Under the pieces are notes generated by a model. That model saw nothing but the letters and a program-made list of their open reading frames with translations. It had not been told where the DNA came from and did no database searches. Position numbers and translations under genes: made by a program. From Candidatus Poribacteria bacterium (GTDB lineage Bacteria > Poribacteria > WGA-4E > WGA-3G), in the NCBI GenBank assembly GCA_965242965.1, contig OZ251518.1, forward strand, positions 2,176,001 to 2,240,000: a DNA stretch of 64,000 bases, read 5' to 3'. Below are positions 59,301 through 64,000 of this stretch, piece after piece; position 1 is the stretch's first letter; each line of letters starts with the position of its first letter.

Positions 59301-60485
59301 ACGCATCCAAACCTCTACGTCATGAAATGGGACGGCACCACTTTCGTCCCGATGTGGCATCGGGAAGTCTATGAAACACCAACCCTATTCATCGCCGATT
59401 TAGACGACAACGGGTTTGGCGAAATCTATATCAATGCTGATGACGAACTCCGCCGTTTTGAATCCTCGTTCGCGAAAAATAGGCAGGCGGTTGAAACCCT
59501 CACCCCGTGGGAACTCTCCGCAACACCGCTGACAGCGAAGGCGGTTCAGGTGACATGGGTAGCCCCCGCTGTCGGTAGGAGAGAACTCCCGGTCTCGACA
59601 CCTGCTGTCGGTAGGCGAGACCTCCCGGTCTTGACATCTTTCACCGTCTATCGCGCGATAGGAGAAAAAGGCAAAACCCCTGACGATACCGAATTTAAAC
59701 CGATTGCCGAGGAACTCACAACACCGCGGTTTTTGGACAGGCGCGTCACGACTGATAAAACCCACTGGTATGCCATCACGGCAAAAGACGAAAACGGGGA
59801 GGAGACTGAACGCACAGCGGCTGTTTCTGCCACGCCGCGCCAGCCGCCGAAACTCATCAGCGCGCAGTTACACGTTCCTGGCACCTCATCACGAATGCCT
59901 GTCCCGCACGAAACCTCCATATCGGAACGGCGTTGGGTAATCCTCACGTTCGACCGGCAGATGGGATTCGCTATCGGCGACGAAAGCCGATATCTCCTGC
60001 GCGAACCGCAGCGGATTGGCGGCGCGCGTCCCGTGTCTGCCATTCGCGATAGAATGGGCACGAGAGCACTCCTCGCTTTTGAACCGCAGCATTTTCAACA
60101 GGCGGACTATGAAATTACGGTATCTAACGTCGCCGATAGTGACGATAATCCGCTGCGAACCGCGACGCAACCGCTTCAGATGCCGCAAAGCCTTGGCACA
60201 ACAGCGGTAACCGATTTCACGCAGGCTCGCGTCTATCCGAACCCCGTTTATCCCAACATCTCCGACAAAGGCGCGATTACGTTTGATAAAGTCCCAATTG
60301 GCACCCGCATCCAAATTTTCGCACCGACAGGGGAACTCATCGAAGATTTCAGAGCGCACAACGAGAACCGTAGCCAATGGTGGTTGACTAGCAAAGGCGG
60401 CGCAGATGTCTCCAGCGGCATCTATATCTACGTGCTTGAATTTGAGAACCTAAAAAAAGTTGGAAAAATCGCTGTCGTGAAATAA
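56301..60485 (+). CDS. S8 subtilisin-like serine protease with FG-GAP repeats and a C-terminal secretion-type (T9SS-A/FlgD-like) domain
   Basis: IIDSG, HGTHVAG, AAGN, GTSMAAPHVAG; DFDGDG..EI repeats; VYPNP...SSGIYIY...GKIAVVK; true start may be the ATG of MNVKIL. Confidence 0.93.
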   Translation: MKSIACGNGQMKSEKYRDMNVKILRSIALFFIAFGVEAAQLTPGELLIRLTPDAARLQANAPISVLHAEHKVESLQPLFPYLARPALNPNLRRTYLLRFAPDIDLETIKAVYAESPLVEAVAFNYLRPTFQETRRREGEVVNPNDPRYAEQWNLPLTRLPQAWAIEKGSANVVIAIIDSGIDYRHDDLAAKTWVNPGEVPDNGLDDDGNGYVDDVHGWDFTDAPNVQGEGDFIEGDNEPIDESGHGTHVAGIAGAMADNGIGIAGVAWHCPLMPIRAGLSLGGSSRMQDDDSAAAIVYAADNGASVINMSWGSEQVSFVIQDAIDYAHARGVVLVGAAGNSQKAAAIFPAAYRQVIAVASTEQHQQRFYQSNFGASVDIAAPGNVILSTQIDNQYRLLTGTSMAAPHVAGVAALMRSKRPALTHEEVRQILINTADVVLQEESDTPDPRFVGAGTLNAERALLASGALQARILSPETNSGGSDAMHIIGTAGGYQFESWQLLYAQSTVPETFTPFTEPSSQQKIEETLAVWDTTAMPEGIYTVRLQVNAKNGTKTQDQVVVAVDRTPPQVTSLTATETLYGNRSITIFTWATDDVTRNTLYYRRKNQLAPFASVEENELGKEHFISLGLTNGTYQFYVEARNAIGLTVTENNQGQYWPLDVVGSAISPNGFDDLSIGVPPLHIASVTADFDGDGALEIVGKPMQETGIAIYERNQTGKYQERERQDIALHTGDEAFTPWTVNDTDNDGLLEILVSDSDRTFLLESTAPNGYPENLIWESPFLTGGSIADLDADGRKEIIGADNRNDRILIYENRGDNLYEEIAQLVNETEGANVFGHHFAIADFDADGNLELVAGDSEGELFVYSAFANDRFRLESQMQLDMTGETLRGTGTQPTVSGGIEVTLLTAGDLTGDGIPEFVVGGTQEFAGVPSAAPLWKFFVFTHARGQNALNTVARVAALPEAANGYAPLWEQAIVPYRRIGNGLRIADVTGDGNKELVILTHPNLYVMKWDGTTFVPMWHREVYETPTLFIADLDDNGFGEIYINADDELRRFESSFAKNRQAVETLTPWELSATPLTAKAVQVTWVAPAVGRRELPVSTPAVGRRDLPVLTSFTVYRAIGEKGKTPDDTEFKPIAEELTTPRFLDRRVTTDKTHWYAITAKDENGEETERTAAVSATPRQPPKLISAQLHVPGTSSRMPVPHETSISERRWVILTFDRQMGFAIGDESRYLLREPQRIGGARPVSAIRDRMGTRALLAFEPQHFQQADYEITVSNVADSDDNPLRTATQPLQMPQSLGTTAVTDFTQARVYPNPVYPNISDKGAITFDKVPIGTRIQIFAPTGELIEDFRAHNENRSQWWLTSKGGADVSSGIYIYVLEFENLKKVGKIAVVK

Positions 60486-60533
60486 AAATTGTCCGGGTGG
60501 ATGTCGTTAACTATCCTCCCGCTGTTCAAACGT

Positions 60534-61712
60534 ATGGACACCTTTATTTTAATCGCAAATCCTATCTCCGGTAAAGGGCGCGCCAAAACCATCGCGGAGC
60601 AAGCATACGCCGCGCTCACCAAATCCGGTCAGACCGGCACGCTAGCATTAACCGCCGGCCCCGGCGATGCCGAACGTTTCGCGCAAGATGCAGTGAACGC
60701 CGGCATTCGGAAAATAATCGCTTGTGGCGGCGACGGCACCCTCCACGAAGTTGTCAACGGTATCGCGCAGCATTCCGAAAACACGTCGGTTCCGGTAGCG
60801 CGAGGGCCTGTCCCTCGCGAGGCTCAGGATACCGTAGCGCGAGGGCCTGTCCCTCGCGAGGCTGCCGTCAAGAGTCAGGATACCGTAGCGCGAGGGCCTG
60901 TCCCTCGCGAAGCTGCAGACAAGATACGAGATACCGTAGCGCGAGGGCCTGTCCCTCGCGAGGCTGCCGTTGAGAATCAGGATACCGTAGCGCGAGGGCC
61001 TGTCCCTCGCGAGGCTGCCGTCACCTTAGGCGTTCTCCCCTGCGGACGCGGCAACGATTTCGCCGCCGCCATCGGCGTGCCACGAAAAACCGAGGAAGCC
61101 GTTCAGAACTTATTCACCGGCAAACCAACCCAGGTCGACCTGGGGAAAATCACGCCTCTCCCAGTAGACGAGCCTTCCCGGACTCAAACAGACACCGAAA
61201 TCCCGCCTCAGAAAACGCGATACTTCATCACCATCGCCACCTGCGGTTACGATGCCGAAGTCAGCCGGCGCGGCGCGGAACGAAGCACGCCGTTCAAAGG
61301 CACCGCGGCTTATGTGTGCGCCGCCCTCGCCACGCTTGCTGACTACAAATGCCCTATTATTAAACTTGAGGGAGACTTCGGCACCCTTGAGGGAGAGCAT
61401 CTCCTCGCCGCGACAGGCATTACGCCTCGATATGGCGGCGGTTTCCGCATCGTGCCGAACGCGCGTTACGATGATGGACTATTTGATGTCTGTAGCATTC
61501 GTTCCGTTTCCAAAATCACGATACTCCGACTCCTCGTCACCCTCTTCTGGGGAGGGCATGTCTCGCATCCAGCCGTGGAGATACGCCAGACGCGCACGTT
61601 GCGGATTGAAACGGAGCCCCCCATGTTACTCTACGCCGATGGCGAACCGATGTGTGAAACCCCTGCGATGATTGAAATCGTGAAGCATGGGCTCACCGTC
61701 CTTGCGCCGTAA
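60534..61712 (+). CDS. Diacylglycerol/lipid kinase (YegS/DAGK family) with an in-frame REP array
   Basis: IANPISGKG, GGDGTLHEVVNG, LPCGRGNDFA, YGGG, DDGLFD, ADGE; TVARGPVPRE-type unit x5 inserted; alternative start 60489. Confidence 0.9.
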   Translation: MDTFILIANPISGKGRAKTIAEQAYAALTKSGQTGTLALTAGPGDAERFAQDAVNAGIRKIIACGGDGTLHEVVNGIAQHSENTSVPVARGPVPREAQDTVARGPVPREAAVKSQDTVARGPVPREAADKIRDTVARGPVPREAAVENQDTVARGPVPREAAVTLGVLPCGRGNDFAAAIGVPRKTEEAVQNLFTGKPTQVDLGKITPLPVDEPSRTQTDTEIPPQKTRYFITIATCGYDAEVSRRGAERSTPFKGTAAYVCAALATLADYKCPIIKLEGDFGTLEGEHLLAATGITPRYGGGFRIVPNARYDDGLFDVCSIRSVSKITILRLLVTLFWGGHVSHPAVEIRQTRTLRIETEPPMLLYADGEPMCETPAMIEIVKHGLTVLAP

Positions 61713-61719
61713 AAAGGGA

Positions 61720-61840
61720 CATCGCGAGGGACAGGCCCTCGCGCTACGGTGATGAGGGGGATGCGTTCGCGAGGGACAGGCCCTCGCGCTACGGTGATGA
61801 GGAGGATGGGTTCGCGCGAAACAGGCCCTCGCGCTACGGC
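61720..61840 (-). repeat. Three tandem REP hairpins between convergent genes
   Basis: TCGCGAGGGACAGGCCCTCGCGCTACGG x3 (third copy degenerate). Confidence 0.9.
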
Positions 61841-61871
61841 CCTCGGCGGAGAAGACTGATTCTGTCCATTG

Positions 61872-63626
61872 CTATTCTCCGGAATACAACGCTTCAATCA
61901 CATCGGCGTAGCGTTCAATAATCACGTTCCGCTTCAGTTTCAGCGTCGGTGTCACCTCATCGTCTTCCTGCGTGAATTCCTTCTCCAGCAGCGCAAACCG
62001 GCGCACCTGCTCAAAATCGGCAAAGTCCGCCAACCGCTCGCGAAGTTCACTTTGGAAGAGCTGCTGCACCTCCCGCTTCTGAAGATTATCCGTTACAACG
62101 CTATTCTCTCCGCCCCACTCCTTAAGTGCATCAAAATTCGGGACGAGCAGCGCGGCGAGGTTTTTCTGCTCGCTGCCCAGCACCAAAACCTGGCTGATAA
62201 ACGGGCTCCGTATCAATTCACTCTCTATCGGCTGCGGTGCCACATTCTTGCCGTTTGACAGCACGATGATGTTCTTCTTCCTATCGGTAATCTTCACGAA
62301 CCCATCTTCATCAATCACGCCGATGTCGCCGGTGTGAAACCATCCGTCTGCGTCAATCACCTCGTCGGTAGCATCGGGGTTGTTGAAATAACCCTTCATC
62401 ACGTGCGGGCCGCGCGTCAAAATCTCACCATCTTCGGCGATGCGCACCTCCACCCCGGGGACAGGCGTGCCGACGGTGCCGAATTGCCACTTCGCGGGAT
62501 GGTTCATGCTAATGACAGGCGAGGTTTCGGTGAGTCCGTATCCTTCCAAAATCAGAATGCCTGCGGCGTGAAAGAATTCAGCGATGGATTGCGGTAACGC
62601 CGCGCCGCCGGAGATGAAAAATCGCAGTCGTCCGCCTGTCGCCGCCTTCAATTTTGCGAAGACCAGCTTGTCGGCGATGCCTGCCTGCAGTTGCAAAAGT
62701 GCGGAGGGTTTCTTACCTTGCTGCATCGCCGCGCTGCAAGCCGAACCAACGCCGACTCCCCAATGGAAAATCTTCTGTTTCAGCGATGAACCGGCGCGCA
62801 CCGCACGCAGGATACGTTCGTGCATCGTTTCATAGAGACGCGGCACACTGAGCATCAATGTCGGCGCGATGTCCTGCATATTCGCCGCCACCGTCAATAC
62901 GCTTTCGGCGTAGGCAATCTTCGCGCCGGAGAAAAGCGGCACATAATGCCCGCCGAGCCGTTCAAACACATGCGACAGTGGTAGGAACGACAACAGTACA
63001 TCTTCCGCTCCGACATCAACAAGCGATTTGCACGCCTCGACATTTGAGATGAAATTAGCGTGCGTCAGCATCACCCCCTTCGGTTCGCCTGTCGTGCCGG
63101 AGGTATAAATAATCGTGGCGATGTCCTCTTCGTCCGTAAGCGCGCCCTCCAAGTCCCGATGCTTTTCCCCATCAACCGCGCTACAGAGGGCATCAAAAGC
63201 AATAACACCGGGAGGGAGTTCCTCTTCCGTTGAATCAAACAGAATAATCTGCTCCAGCGTTGGAACATCCGCAACTTTCTCCAACTGCTTTTTCGTAGAA
63301 ACACAAGCAATTTTCGCGCCAGAATCTTTCAGAATGTAGCCGACCTGCGGGGCTGTCAACGTCGAAAACATCGGCACGGTGATAGCCCCCGCGGCAAGGG
63401 TGCCGAAGTCAGCGATTGCCCACTCCGGTCTGTTCTCCGATAGAATCGCCACTCTGTCTTCCTTCACAACGCCGAGTGAGTTGAGCCCGTTCCGGAACGC
63501 CGCAACCGATTCGCCGAGGGCAGTGTAAGAAATGTCCTGATAGGTGCCCCCTTTCGGCTTGAACGCCAGCGCGGGCTTGTCTCCGTAATGCTGGATGGCG
63601 TGCTCCAACCTAGAAGTGAGTGTCAT
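61872..63626 (-). CDS. Long-chain fatty acid--CoA ligase (AMP-binding)
   Basis: YTSGTTGEPKG, LPLSH, EGYGLTE, WFHTGD, GKNVAP, TPTLKLKR. Confidence 0.95.
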   Translation of the reverse strand: MTLTSRLEHAIQHYGDKPALAFKPKGGTYQDISYTALGESVAAFRNGLNSLGVVKEDRVAILSENRPEWAIADFGTLAAGAITVPMFSTLTAPQVGYILKDSGAKIACVSTKKQLEKVADVPTLEQIILFDSTEEELPPGVIAFDALCSAVDGEKHRDLEGALTDEEDIATIIYTSGTTGEPKGVMLTHANFISNVEACKSLVDVGAEDVLLSFLPLSHVFERLGGHYVPLFSGAKIAYAESVLTVAANMQDIAPTLMLSVPRLYETMHERILRAVRAGSSLKQKIFHWGVGVGSACSAAMQQGKKPSALLQLQAGIADKLVFAKLKAATGGRLRFFISGGAALPQSIAEFFHAAGILILEGYGLTETSPVISMNHPAKWQFGTVGTPVPGVEVRIAEDGEILTRGPHVMKGYFNNPDATDEVIDADGWFHTGDIGVIDEDGFVKITDRKKNIIVLSNGKNVAPQPIESELIRSPFISQVLVLGSEQKNLAALLVPNFDALKEWGGENSVVTDNLQKREVQQLFQSELRERLADFADFEQVRRFALLEKEFTQEDDEVTPTLKLKRNVIIERYADVIEALYSGE

Positions 63627-63890
63627 AAGGTTTGTCTCCTGCTATAATGTCACGCTTGAATCCCATTGAATCCCGTAGGGCGAGGGCCTGTCCCTCGCCG
63701 TGTCATAGGGCGCGGGAAACCTATCCCTCGCCATGTCATATTTTACCATAGGCACCGGAGATGTGTCAAGTTCAATTGCAGAACTTCTGTCACGGGTTTC
63801 CCAAAGACAATCAAAATAACCCCTTGACTTCGGCGTAGATTTTATGATAAAATAGAAAATATGAAAATCAACGATGAGGAAAAACGCATT

Positions 63891-64000
63891 ATGGAAAACC
63901 GCCATCGAAAAACGTTTGGAACGCGCGGCCCCGTGAACTCAAACGAGCATTATGTTGTCTCGCGCGCGGAGGAACTCGCCGATTTTATCAACCGCGTGAA
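63891..64000 (+). CDS. 5' end of a probable AAA-like ATPase (truncated by the window edge)
   Basis: MENRHRKTFGTRGPVNSNEHYVVSRAEELADFINRV; preceded by TTGACT-18-TAAAAT and GAGGA. Confidence 0.55.
   Translation, partial: MENRHRKTFGTRGPVNSNEHYVVSRAEELADFINRV

Noticed and set aside
1-64000. RAYT/transposase, integrase, prophage, tRNA or rRNA genes
   Set aside because: No HUH/Y1, DDE or recombinase motifs in the ORF track and no recognisable tRNA or rRNA sequence seen by eye

Overview
This is a GC-rich bacterial chromosomal window with about 43 genes. The gene content (DUF1501, sulfatase, LamG and lamin-tail secreted proteins with a conserved C-terminal 'KLAT(T/R)W/TTFG..LK' tail, futalosine pathway, AAA ATPase starting 'FGTRGPVN') resembles Candidatus Poribacteria; that assignment is my inference. 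Housekeeping genes: mutL, trpS, priA, mqnA/mqnE, mobA, fur, family 4 UDG and rpsB-tsf-frr-cdsA-dxr-rseP (no pyrH or uppS). Most of the larger intergenic spaces hold mosaics of at least seven GTAG-initiated REP-like hairpin families, plus a separate terminal-inverted-repeat family and 9-mer tandem repeats; I found no RAYT or transposase here. Main observations: (1) REP hairpins sit in frame inside at least four proteins, including five tandem copies in a lipid kinase; (2) an orphan type III Mod methyltransferase is split at a G8 tract and looks phase-variable; (3) a roughly 670-nt hairpin-rich leader lies between a near-consensus sigma70 promoter and a 1496-aa secreted protein; (4) TIR-bounded 'containers' carry variable REP cargo; (5) a 107-bp TIR/TSD element sits where pyrH normally is; (6) there are tandem paralog pairs of oxidoreductases, DNA methyltransferases, serine hydrolases and HicB proteins. 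All calls come from reading the sequence; no database searches were run.
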